Shown piece by piece: positions 46,729-57,742 of a stretch of DNA of 64,000 bases. Origin of the DNA: Phallusia mammillata. Lineage: Eukaryota. How positions within the stretch are numbered: the first letter of the stretch is position 1; each line of letters starts with the position of its first letter. A model generated the notes under the pieces. The model was given only the letters and a program-made list of their open reading frames with translations, was not told the origin of the DNA and did no database searches. The translations under genes and the position numbers were made by a program. The DNA is taken from contig OZ281499.1 of the NCBI GenBank assembly GCA_965637545.1, positions 14,074,001 to 14,138,000 of the forward strand. Reading direction: 5' to 3'.

Positions 46729-47899
46729 TTTAACTGTTCAGTGAAGATAAAGGCTGATTTTGCATCACAACAATACCTTTTTGCAGCATGTACCGTCGTC
46801 CGCTTTGACGCCTACCGCGTAGTGTGTGTGTAACCCCTTGTCGCTTGACGCTAGACGTGACGTTTATCGGTTGACGCGAGTGTCACATCGCCAACGCCAG
46901 ACGCTTGACGTTTAACGCGTATGTCTGCATAGCCCTTAATTCTTACCAAACAACGGACGCAACTGTGGCACAAAAAAGCAGAAACATCAAAAAAAGAGAT
47001 CTTGCTAAAATTCGTGCATGCACCAACGTAACAATCATAAAACTTGTTGCATAGAGATGCACTACAAACAAATCAAACTCCACATTCGGCAATTAGCATC
47101 AACATTTTTCAGTTTTAAAACAATTTTAAAAGTACACATTTCACCCTGTAATCTTCAACTTAATAATTATGGGCCCCGGTGCGGCGCACCGGCTGCACCC
47201 CCCTCTCGTGGGGCCTGCCCAGGACGGTGATTTTCATAAGAAACAAATTGAACTCGCGGTCAAAGATAAATCCAATGCTAAAGTCAATTAAACGCTTTTG
47301 CAAAACTAAATCTTAACCTGCTGAAAGTAATTTTCAGTTTTACCACTGCAGCATTTAAGATTCATTCCACCTGGATATTATTTGCTTGGTAACGCATATC
47401 AATGATCTAAAAGCGGTTTGTGACATCACAGACAAAACTGAGTTATGAATTATGCGCAAACAATTGCTTTCACTGATGATTGTGGTGAAATAAAAAGCCT
47501 TGAACACGCAAAAAAGATTTTAAAGACATAACCTCCTGAAGGTCAACGAAAATAGCGCCTTCAATCATTCAAGAACCCAAAACTTTGGTTTGGAAAGAGC
47601 AGGCGTAAAGTGTTAATAGAATGGTGTAGCATGCAGTATCAAGGCCTTTGAAAGTTTTAAATCTCAGGGCGCATGTGGCCCGCGGCTTCAAGGCAGATCA
47701 AAAATTGGCCCTGGACAAACTTTTGAGTCGGAGACCCGTGCTCTAACCCAATGGATCTCAACCTTTCGTGGATGGTGGCTCACTAAAACTAACTTTTTGG
47801 CCTCATGGCCCCTTTCAAGTAACCCTGTAGGTCATGTGACCCTTTTAAAAAATTTAAATGGCAACACATGTTGGAATTCGTTACTAATTTAGACTTTAA

Positions 47900-48470
47900 A
47901 CAGGTTGAATACAAATTGAGTAGAGTGGAAAAGGCTGCCTAACACTCATTGGTGGTTACAAAAGGAACGAGGGCTTTTAGAGTCATCTTGGAAAGATTGT
48001 CCCATTTCTATCCAAAAGTCACTGCAGCACATATCTCGGTGAAGAAGTTTTGCGCCACCATCGTTAATCATATCAATAAACTCTTCTTGAATTTCATTCG
48101 ATTCTGAAGGTAAATCGTTTAACTTGAGTGCAAATAGGGTGTTAATGAAACGGTGCAATTTGTCCAATTCCTGTAAATTTGGAAAATAATGTAAGATTTC
48201 TCACTGCGAATAGACATGTGTCGTTTCACCACTTAATAATATCATCCTTTGCTTCAAGTTCGTGGTTATCCAAAAATTGATTTAAGCTCTGAAAAGGGAG
48301 CAAAGTTTTTCTTTTCCAATTTGGAAGCCACGGCACTATTTTCGTATTGAAACTTTTCATGGGAGTGAAGAGCGTTTGTTTCTTTTCCTTGCAGAGCCAG
48401 GTATACGAAGTTGACAGATTCAAAAATGTCAACAGAAAAAGAAGCATAAAAAAAACTATTGTCAGAAAAG
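47900..48470 (-). pseudogene. Buster/ZBED5-like hAT transposase C-terminal fragment
   Basis: KSFNTKIVPW...FQSLNQFL, and EIQEEFIDMIND...SDFWIEM. Similar in type to 7485-7703. Confidence 0.55.
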
Positions 48471-48486
48471 GTACTGTGTAGTTCTG

Positions 48487-49972
48487 AGCGACATTATGAA
48501 CACTCGCTCGCTTAACGAGCTCGGTAAAAAAAAAAAAAAAAATCTCCAGCAACTCGGTAACGTATTTGCGAAGTGTCCTCGCACACGCCTCGCTAAAACC
48601 TGACGCAAATACGAGAGAATGCGTCAAAGACGCCCGACTCAGCAAAACCGGTAAGTCGCGCTTTGCGACAAACATGTTGCGCCTGTTATTTGGGCTGTTT
48701 TTAAAGCATTTTGCGATATAACCTCAAAATGTTTGGACTTCCTACAGACAGTTTGGAATTTGTTACTTGGTAAAGTAGCACAAAAGCAAAGTAGACAAGA
48801 GTTCAAATGGAGGTTTCATATCCTCAAAAAAGTGCAAAACATATTTTGGTATAATTTTCATGAAAAGAAAACGTCGGAGCTTCATAACATTACGATAAGA
48901 TCTGTGATTAACGTAGGTTTGCACTGAATAAAATGCTTCACAATTTCTAACTGGTGACATAATAAACAATGACCACTTTGTAATACTTAACACATGTATT
49001 GTACCACTCATTTTATAAGGTTCTAAACCAGTGGTTCCCAACCAGGGCCCTTGGCCCCCCAAGGGGGCCACGAGCTGTGGTCCGGGGGGCCACGGGCGTA
49101 GATTCACCAGAAACACCCACTAAAAACCATTTTCTTTTTAACATCATTCCCCAATTTAATCGACTATTTCACATACTATTTGTCTATAGTGAGGTTTTTT
49201 ACAAATACAGATTCTTATTTACGCTACTGAACCTGTTTAAAGCCGAAATTAGTACCAAATTTCAACACGAGATTTCCATTTACATTTTTAGGGGGGCCAC
49301 AGGTCCTGTAGGGTTACTTGAGGGGGGCCATGAAGCCCAAAAGTAACTTTTAGGGGGCCACGGTCCACGAAAGGTTGGGAACCACTGTTCTAAACCATCC
49401 CAGTATTACATTTTCTTTTTTCAATTACAGGTTTTTAAAACAAAATAAGAACCAGCATTCTCATTACAAAGAGACAGACCAAAACCATGATGCATAAAGA
49501 GACTTGCAGGACACACAAAAAAGACCCAAATATGTGCTAAAACAGCAAATTGGATGCAAATGATCATTGCATTGTGACCTAAATTACAGGTCAAATTTGA
49601 CTCTTGTAAAGCTGAAAAAAATGACAACCAGGCCCAGGCAGTTCATAAAAATTACGCTTTTATGCAGTGTTAGTACTGTATTGCGTTTGCATTATGTTTA
49701 TTAGTGTTTCTGTCTATTACCCACCCCACATGCTAGTTTAAAACGACCCAATTGTCAATTTGTACAATGTTTGATTTTTTTTTTTTTTGCCTCTTATATT
49801 TCAATTTTATTTATGTAATGCTACACTGTCACTTTTTGTTTCTAATAAACACAGGTACATGCTGTTTAAATAATCATGTATTGAAATTGAATCACTTCAG
49901 TATCCAATATTGTGCAGATCAGTACATTTATTGTGGAGGTTCTTTAATGGCAGTACTGCAGGCAGGGATTTG
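48487..49972 (+). mobile_element. Harbinger-family non-autonomous element, copy A3
   Basis: CTG|AGCGACATTATGAAC terminus. Colinear with 385-1597 (inverse) once the 49029-49387 MITE is removed. Confidence 0.65.
49029..49387. mobile_element. hAT MITE (359 bp)
   Basis: TIR CAGTGGTTCCCAACC, 8-bp TSD TTCTAAAC (49021-49028, 49388-49395). Absent from the homologous site in copy A1. Confidence 0.92.
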
Positions 49973-50123
49973 GGACACATTACAAAACGGACAAGTATTT
50001 TGAAAAATAGAACAAACACATGGCAATCTTATAAACTTAACACAACATAACTGTTGTATCAATAAAAAACAACCAATTTTGACACGTCCATCTTATAGCT
50101 GGAGTGTTAAAGGAAAATGTAGA

Positions 50124-50460
50124 CCCAGCAGACACACGACGTCCTATAGATATCGCGACGTCGAATTGACGAATTTCGCCGTTCCGTCGTTGTCTGTCCG
50201 TTATAACTACGTCTATTAGACGTCCAGTTTTGGTAAATATCAGACCAAACCAGAGGGTCAAAGTTTGGACGTCTTGTCGACTTACATATTTGGTCGAAAT
50301 ACGGGCCAAGTCACATGTCATTTGTTTGGACGTCAAAATTTTACGTCGGTCACTTATGAACTGGTTATCGTCCATCGACGTCCTTGAACGTAGAAATTGT
50401 AACTGATTTTCGACGTCATTTTTTGGTAATTTGGAGTACATCCAATAAAGGTAAAAATGT
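50124..50460 (+). mobile_element. One end of a CCC-type CMC/EnSpm non-autonomous element
   Basis: Starts CCCAGCAGACAC, followed by many GACGTC subterminal motifs. No partner end seen. Confidence 0.45.
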
Positions 50461-51296
50461 TTATGTGATTTGAGTCCGAGAACATTGAAAACTTGGCATA
50501 AAGTTGTGTCGTGACAACGATGTTTTTCAACAAACCTTTCTTTGCGATTTCAAAAACACTGTACTTTAGAGTGCAAGTTAAATGGATTTTCTGCAACAAG
50601 AAACATTTTTTCTTCACATCGCAAAAATATTCCATGAAGCCTTTTGTTCCAGCTCCCTTGGGCATCGATGCAGTCAAGTGGAAAAATCATTTGATGTTTG
50701 ACTCCGCCACAGCGGTTATCGCTGCAATGTTTATGTCGGGATTAGTGATGTCGCGGACAGAGTTTTTTAAAATTTTGTTCGCACCGCAAAATTCCAAGCT
50801 GTTCGCAAACCGCACCGAAGCTGCAAAACTTATCAAAAGTTTTGTTGACACTGCTCCGCACCGCATATAATATTGTACCATAAACCCCTACATCAGTTCC
50901 TAAACCTGTAATGCAAAACATGCAACATTAAACATGTATTAATGTTATCTTAAAAATCAACTAGTTTGCATGAAATAGTCAAACAGCAACAGCATAACAA
51001 AGTCATAAATTCTTTAAACAACAAATAACAAACCAACAATCTTAAAATAAACCACTACTCCTTTAAAAAAACTATTCAAAAACACAATTGCATTAATTGA
51101 ATCTGGGTGCAACTGATTCCACCTTTCTTCATACACTCTCGCAGCACATGAAAACACCCTTTCTGAAGAAGCAGATGAGCAAGGTGTTGAAAGAACACTT
51201 TTTGCAAACTTTGCAAGCTTAGGAAACAATGAACTTTGCTGGTTCCAAAATTTAATTACATCAAAACCTCCTAAATGATTTGCATATGTTGTGCAC

Positions 51297-51635
51297 CGCT
51301 GGCGCCCACTTATGGGGAGGCGGGGAGGCGCCGCAATTTGCTGTGTAAATAAAAAACATGGTTGAAACCAACCAAACGACCTAGAAACGTAAGAAACGAT
51401 TATTATAATGGCTTTTTAGACGCATGTGCGCCTTGTTGCGGAAAAATAAAACATGCTTTGTAATAATTGTTGCGGGGAAAGAAAAATGTATTACTGTATA
51501 GTTGGGTCGGCATCAGCTGCTAATGCAAAGGGTGTAACTTGTGACGTTAGGTGACATCCGGGCTGAAAATATTTCCGTCTTTACCGAGTTATAAAATTCT
51601 GCCTCCCCGCCGATTATAGCAAGTGGGCGCCTATG
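51297..51635. mobile_element. hAT-type MITE (339 bp)
   Basis: TIR core GGCGCCCACTT, 8-bp TSD TTGTGCAC (51289-51296, 51636-51643). Confidence 0.88.
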
Positions 51636-52379
51636 TTGTGCACTCAGAAGAAAAGTCAGCATGGATATATTTTGTAACCTCATCATAAGTTTGTTCAGTA
51701 TTTGGAGTATCAGCATAGTCATTAAAATCTAATGCAAAGTCACACTTTCTCTTTTTTTGTGTAACATTTTGGTACATATGGTCAGTCGACAGCATGGGTT
51801 GAAAATCACTATTAGAAGAAGATTGATTCACATCCAATTTTTCCCCTTACTAAATTTGGGACTTCCACTGCACATTCTGCAGGTAGAACTGACAAACTTT
51901 TAAACTTAGGAAATAGAAAAAGGGCAATCTTGTAGGTGTCAAGACTTGGCCATTTGCTCTTAATCAATTGAGTGCATTTTAATTTTAACATTTTCAACAC
52001 TATAGTATTCGTTGGCAGTGTTTTACAGTGGTCCTGTAATTTTTTTTCCACAAAAGCACACCATGAATGGTAGGATACTTGTCACCTTCCATTGCTTCCG
52101 ATACTTGTTTGAAAGGCAAAAGAAAATTAATAAGTTCATTCATTAATACAATGTCAATATTTTCAAGTCGAGATTGTTGGCCTTTCTCAATCAAAAGAGT
52201 TTCTATTTCATCAAACACCTTGTTTACACTGATTAGAACTGCAAGTTTTGTGTTCCATCTTGTTTCACATTCCTGTATAACTGAACTAGTCAGCAGACAA
52301 GCAAGGCCGCTCCGTTTTAAGTAAGTAACTAAATCTTTCACTTCTGAAAGCAGTTTCACAACAGAACTTATTTGACTAT

Positions 52380-54282
52380 TGTAGCGACTGATCACTTGCT
52401 AGATCTATTCCTTAATTGAAAGTCCGTTTTTTGCACAATTAAATCCGTAGTGACTTTGTATTGGTACAAAAGTAGAGTTGAGTTATAGTGATGATATTAT
52501 AGTGATATCGTATCGCTTGAAACAACATGTATATATACGTACAACTGTCAAAGACAAACAGTCAACAAAAGGTGACAACATATGATATACAGCTGTGTGG
52601 AATTAAATGCTTGAGGTGTTGATTGTTTTACTTGTCAAATACGTTTGTTCTGATCACAATCCCACATAGGTATCCCCCCTGACAAGTGTTTTCTGTATAA
52701 TGATACAAATTACGATTAGGGTAAATTTGATAAAAGTTCGACTTTTCACATCACCAAACACATAAGCGACCGCCACCAAACAGTTCTTTCCAATGACCAT
52801 TGCGCGCTCTTCGTTCTTCGGACATAGTCTTTTAAATTGTTCCACGACATGTACATATGCTTGGTCAGTGTCTACGTTGGTGTACAGAGGTCGACATGAT
52901 TGTTTGTTTTCTCAGCGCGGTCATTTCTTCAGCGGTGCTTGCTTGTGTATTGGTGAATGTTACTTGGTCTTGTCCGGATGAAAAACTTCAAAAACAAAAA
53001 TATAAACAGCAAAATTGCGGCAAACATATTGTGATAACTATTAAGTGTAGGTGAAGGGTTATGTCACAAAATCGGTAATCGGTCCAAACAAGAAATTATG
53101 CGTGTGTACGTTAATAACGGTTTGCAAAGTTCTCTACACCCTAATACTAAGCTCAACTCGCTAACTTTGAGGCATCACGGATTTGCTTTGCGAGGAGCTG
53201 ACATTCCCTAATGCAAGGATTTGCAGACCGTGGGATCAGACAATAAAAATGAATGAATGCAATACAATATGGCAGCCTTGCGACCTTCTCAGAACGATTT
53301 CCCACATAATCGCAACCTCAGTGAGTCGAGGGTTTCTAACGATGACATGCCGGCGAGTTTCATTGATCGCTCGGTGTGTGCTTTTTGCTCATAAACAGCA
53401 CATTAAGTAGATTGTTATTCCTCCGTATCAAACACACAGGTTACATATTTCTCGGTACAAGTTATAGTTAAGTTGACATCTTACAACTACCATACACTAA
53501 ACAGTTATTACGGCTTCAGACAATACGCAATACATTAAATTTTGACATATCCCAAGTTTGGGCTAGGCGTTAGATCTTAAAAGTGTAAATAAATATAACA
53601 TAACATAATGTTAGGCGTAGCTTGGTAATACAACATTCATCAAAATGCAAACTTAACTTTCATCGTTTTTAACAAACAACATTGTCATCGAAGTTGTGGT
53701 CCATTTTGCTTTGTTCCCTTCTTTTTGCTTGTTTTCCATTTCCATATCGATTTTTGCTACTTTAGGTCACGTCGCTGCTTGGTTGGTTGAAGTTAGAAGG
53801 TGTTGCTGGTTCTGATCACGTCGGGGTATCACCATTTACGTAGCGACCCCGACGCTTGCTGGATCTAATCCTTAATTGAAAGTCCGTTTTGTGCACAATT
53901 AAATCCGTAGTGACTTTGTATTGGTACAAAAGTAGAGTTGAGTTATAGTGATATCGTATCGCTTGAAACAACATGTATATATGCGTACAACTGTCAACGA
54001 CAAACAGTCAACTAGATCTAATCCTTAATTGCTAGATCTAATCCTTAATTGAAAGTCCGTTTTGTGCACAATTAAATCCGTAGTGACTTTGTATTGGTAC
54101 AAAAGTAGAGTTGAGTTATAGTGATGATATTATAGTGATATTAAAGTGATATCGTATCGCTTGAAACAACATGTATATATACGTACAACTGTCAAAGACA
54201 AACAGTCAACAAAAGGAATTAAATGCTTGATGTGTTGATTGTTTTACTTGTCAAATACGTTTGTTCTGATCACAATCCCACA
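52380..54282 (-). mobile_element. Non-autonomous LTR retroelement, copy 2 (same family as 30712-32332)
   Basis: LTRs 52380-52666 and 53839-54282 (the latter with an internal duplication and TG>CG start), 4-bp TSD CTAT, tRNA-Trp-like PBS at 53815-53834. Internal region colinear with copy 1. Confidence 0.9.
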
Positions 54283-55384
54283 CTATAATAGGTTTCATCA
54301 TACAGTAAAGTTTCTTCATTCTCCTCTTTATCATTGCACTGAATACTTGCACGTTTTATTCTAAAGACATGATACAATACAGTGTTTAAAATATGGTAGC
54401 CAGTTAAAAACCTCTAATGCTTTTTTTACATTTGCTCCTCTATCAGACACAAAAGTAACTGATTTCATCAACTCCATTGTAAAACCATACTTTATTAAGC
54501 TTCTTACCAATTCGTTTGTAATATAATCTGCAGATTTAACAGATGGAGAAAATTGCTCACAAAATATGGCACTTTCTTCGATCCACTGTGCAGTACATGA
54601 CATATAGCTTTGTTTTTTATGGCTATCTGTCCATAAATCAACAGTCATGCCGACTCCTCCATTGCAATGTATAGCCTGATTTAATTTTGCAATCAAATTA
54701 CCTCTTTCCTCTGCTGCTGACTCTTACATACTTGCTGATGGTATTTCTTGAAGGCAAAACACCTGAAACATTCACCTGTCCATATTTTGCGCCTACATTG
54801 ATTAAAGTCTGTGCAAAGTTCTTCATTCCACTTCATTCTTGTTCCACATGTCTGGCTAAGTGGGTTGTGCCTGTCGTGTGGCTAATATACTTGAAACACT
54901 TCAAGCACTGTCTGCATGCTAACATCGGAAGTTGTTTGGAAGCCGAAGATTCTGCTCCTGCCTTCTCTGCCACTATGCCAAAAGTGTTCCAAATGCTAGA
55001 TTTTCCGCATTTTTTTTATAATACAGAGCTCGCCTGCCTCCAAACTTTTTTTGACTTAGCAAAAATACCAAAAAAAAAAAAAAAATTGATAACAAAAAAA
55101 TCGAATAACCCTAATTTAACGTTTACGTGTACTCTAAAATTCTAAAGGCATACAACCAATTGTTATTTCACAATAGCTCTGCTTAATCATGACAGAAAAA
55201 CGTATCAAACCTGTGTACATAAAAGTTGAGAACTTCTTTAAAGCAAAAGTAATTACACAAGTTGCACGGCGTGCGGCATTGACGCTGCATAAAAATTTAT
55301 TAATGCCGCGGCCGCGCATAAAAAAATACCTCAAAAAATTGCGCGGCCGTCACGGTAGAGCTACTAACGGAGTGCCTCCTTGGA

Positions 55385-55920
55385 CAGTGGTTCTCAAACT
55401 TTTTTGTGCGCGACCCAAATCTGAGCTTTATGAACTTGTTGCGACCCAAGCCTCAAACATCAAAATATGTGTTTTTTATTTCTTGTAACTTACGAATACC
55501 TACTTGTCCTTGAATGCTAACTGTTACATCTCAAGTTCAGTTTCGCATGATTAACCTCGTATCATTCCCCGTGCTAACACGTTACAATCGCCGTGTGCGT
55601 AACCGAATGTTGGAAGGCTATTGTCTGTATGTTGTAATGATTGGTTCATTTTGCCGAACAACGTGGTCGAGTGAGGCTGTATTTCGCTATGGTAGTACAG
55701 TAGCTGGGTGCCATCTAAACTCTCAGAAAACCACTTACTTATGATGCAATACTCCAAGGTTACGAAGATAAAGCCACATAAAATGCGTTAGTTACAATAA
55801 TTCAGTCATGACTAGGAATTGGAAATACTTGAAATGAAAAAGTTCATTTAGGCAGAAATTGAATCACCATAGCGCGACCCATTTTTTTACCCTGCGCTAC
55901 CCATACTTTGAGAACCAATG
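55385..55920. mobile_element. hAT MITE
   Basis: TIR CAGTGGTTCTCAAA / revcomp CATTGGTTCTCAAA with GCGACCCA subterminal motifs. No TSD found. Confidence 0.7.
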
Positions 55921-56297
55921 GGGAGATCCAAAAGTGCTTAATTTTCGATAGGTGGCGCAATGGAGCATTCACGCCAAAATGAAAAAAAAAAAAAATTCGC
56001 GCCAAACAAAAATTATTTTATAGAAGGGTTTGATTTAGTATATTTTTTTTATCTGTTTTTAAACTATCTGGTTTGATTTAGTATATTTTTATGTGTTTTG
56101 ACTGTCTGCATTACAATAATGCATTTCAGGTAAAAATTGACATAAAGTTAACAAACTGTAATGTGGGGAAAATTTGTATGGGGGATGGGGGAAGTGAAAG
56201 GGGGGGGTAGGGGAATTAAAAGACAGAGTTGGAAAAAAGTAAGTGTTAGATAGTTTGAACAGTTGAACATAAAATTAAATTGTTGTGTTTGTTGCAG

Positions 56298-57308
56298 ACG
56301 AAAAAACCAATTAATACTGGCAGACAAAAACGGTGAGATTTTATGATGAAATGTTTTGTGTGTATTTCATGGTTAATGTATTCATTATTTTTCAGATTCA
56401 TACCGTACAAAAAAATTGTACGCCTGCAAAAGTAAGTGAACTATCTTAAATGAATTCAAATTTTGATGAGAAAATAATTTTACACATAAAACATTTATTT
56501 GTAGGCAAAATATAATTCCTCGACATTCAAGGTAAGCTACAACATTGCATAAATTTTTTCTTGCCTATATGACAAATTATATTGTTTGCAGATGGCTATC
56601 CAGGCATTTATTTTTTTTAAGGTTTATTGTTTGAAGTAAGGTTGATTTTTGTAATATTTGATGAATAGAAAGTTGTAACAGTACTACTAATGGCACACTA
56701 TGTTTTTTTACACACAGGGAGAACAATAAAAGTAACTCAAACTGTAAGTTTGTATTGTAGACTTTTTAACTTGCAAATGTTGTAACAGTACAACTAATGA
56801 CACACTATGCTTTTTTACACACAGGGAGAACAAATAAAAGAAACTCAAACTGTAAGTTTGTATTGTAGACTTTTTAACTTGCAAATGTTGTAACAGTACT
56901 ACTAATGACACACTATGCTTTTTTACACACGGGGAGAACAAATAAAAGAAACTCAAACTGTAAGTTTGTATTGTAGACTTTTTAACTTGCAAATGTTGTA
57001 ACAGTACTACTAACGACACACTATGCTTTTTTACACACAGGGAGAACAAACAAAAGAAACTCAAACTGTAAGTTTGTATTGTAGACTTTTTAACTTGCAA
57101 ATGTTGTAACAGTACTACTAATGGCACACTATGCTTTTTTAGACACAAGAAGAAAAAGTGGTTTGAATGTAAGTATGGGTACAAACATCTTTCAAAAAAT
57201 ATTCTTATACTAAACTGTTTGTGTGCTTTGCAGAAAACAAGGAATAAAAGTTTATTAGCAGTTTGTGGCTGTATGATATTTGATGACAGTTTAGGACAGA
57301 AATGGTGA
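56298..57308 (+). other. Putative microexon gene (about ten exons of 26-44 nt, 60-82 nt introns), product unknown
   Basis: Successive YAG|exon|GT(A/G)AG blocks at 56298-56332, 56396-56431, 56505-56531, 56592-56635, 56718-56743, 56825-56851, 57041-57067, 57143-57168, then a last exon from 57234. Confidence 0.6.
56672..57140 (+). repeat. 108-bp tandem repeat, ~4.3 copies; each unit is a 27-nt microexon plus an 81-nt intron
   Basis: Period measured from ACTTTTTAAC at 56761, 56869, 56977 and 57085. Each unit contains GTAAGT, TACTAA(T/C), a T-tract and CAG. Confidence 0.92.
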
Positions 57309-57742
57309 AATTTTTTTGCAAGGTGTTTAAAAAAATTGTGAGAATTCCAACCACACCCATGAGGCTCTCATTCGTGGTCGTTGGCATTTTTGTTTACCCA
57401 GACGCCTCGCCAGTAGCCATATGAAACTGGGGGTTCTTAGAACCACACCATTTGAGCGTTCGAGCCTTTAGTTTTAGCAACCGTCCTAGGCTTTCGGTTA
57501 ACCACATCTTTTGAGCGTTCAAGTCTGCAGAAGACAGATTGGTTAACCACAACCAGTTAGGCGTTTAAGCAAAAATGCTTATTGGTTAACCACACTCAGG
57601 CGTTCAAGCAAAAAAAAGCTGTTCATAAACAAATGAGCTTTTCGGACATTGGAAGGAATATTACCATCTCTTTCTTATTGAAAGCCAAAAAAATAAATAA
57701 CACAAATTGCACTAATTTTTGCGCAACCGGGTGACATGGCAA

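Larger units (their letters stand above)
43934..46936. mobile_element. Full-length two-gene PIF/Harbinger transposon (3.0 kb)
   Basis: TAA TSD (43931-43933, 46937-46939), confirmed by the empty site in copy 1 (revcomp GTGCATAATTCTT near 3960-3970). Imperfect ~38-bp TIR sharing ACGCGTTAA.CG.CAAGCGTC. Convergent MADF and transposase genes. Confidence 0.95.
42675..47217 (-). mobile_element. Non-autonomous hAT element, copy 2 (same family as 3785-5330), carrying a Harbinger
   Basis: 8-bp TSD CCCAGGAC (42667-42674, 47218-47225). Colinear with 3785-5330 apart from the 3-kb Harbinger insertion. Confidence 0.92.
42279..47740. mobile_element. hAT MITE, outermost layer of a three-level nest
   Basis: Termini CAGGGGTCTCCAAC / ...GTCGGAGACCCGTG, 8-bp TSD CTCTAACC (42271-42278, 47741-47748). 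Confidence 0.85.
51014..55020 (-). pseudogene. Hermes/hobo-like hAT transposase, interrupted by an LTR element and a MITE
   Basis: BED-like ACRQCLKCF..TTGTTHLARH; FAQTLINVGAKYG..LPSRNTISK; TVDLWTD (D1); FVSDRGANV (D2); ECETRWNT; PCSSASSERVFS (E). The frame rejoins across both insertions but other frameshifts exist. Element ends near 50743 and ~55357, no TSD found. Confidence 0.8.

Noticed and set aside
56333-56504. C/D snoRNAs in the microexon introns (ATGATGA and TTGATGA present)
   Set aside because: No downstream CTGA D box or terminal stem, and the introns are only 63-73 nt.
56672-57140. CRISPR-like regular array
   Set aside because: Units are contiguous near-identical repeats with no unique spacers, the context is eukaryotic and there are no cas genes.
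56708-57184. Minus-strand 158-aa ORF with 36-aa repeats
   Set aside because: A consequence of a 108-bp (multiple of 3) stop-free unit. The splice signals are all on the plus strand, which explains the repeat better.
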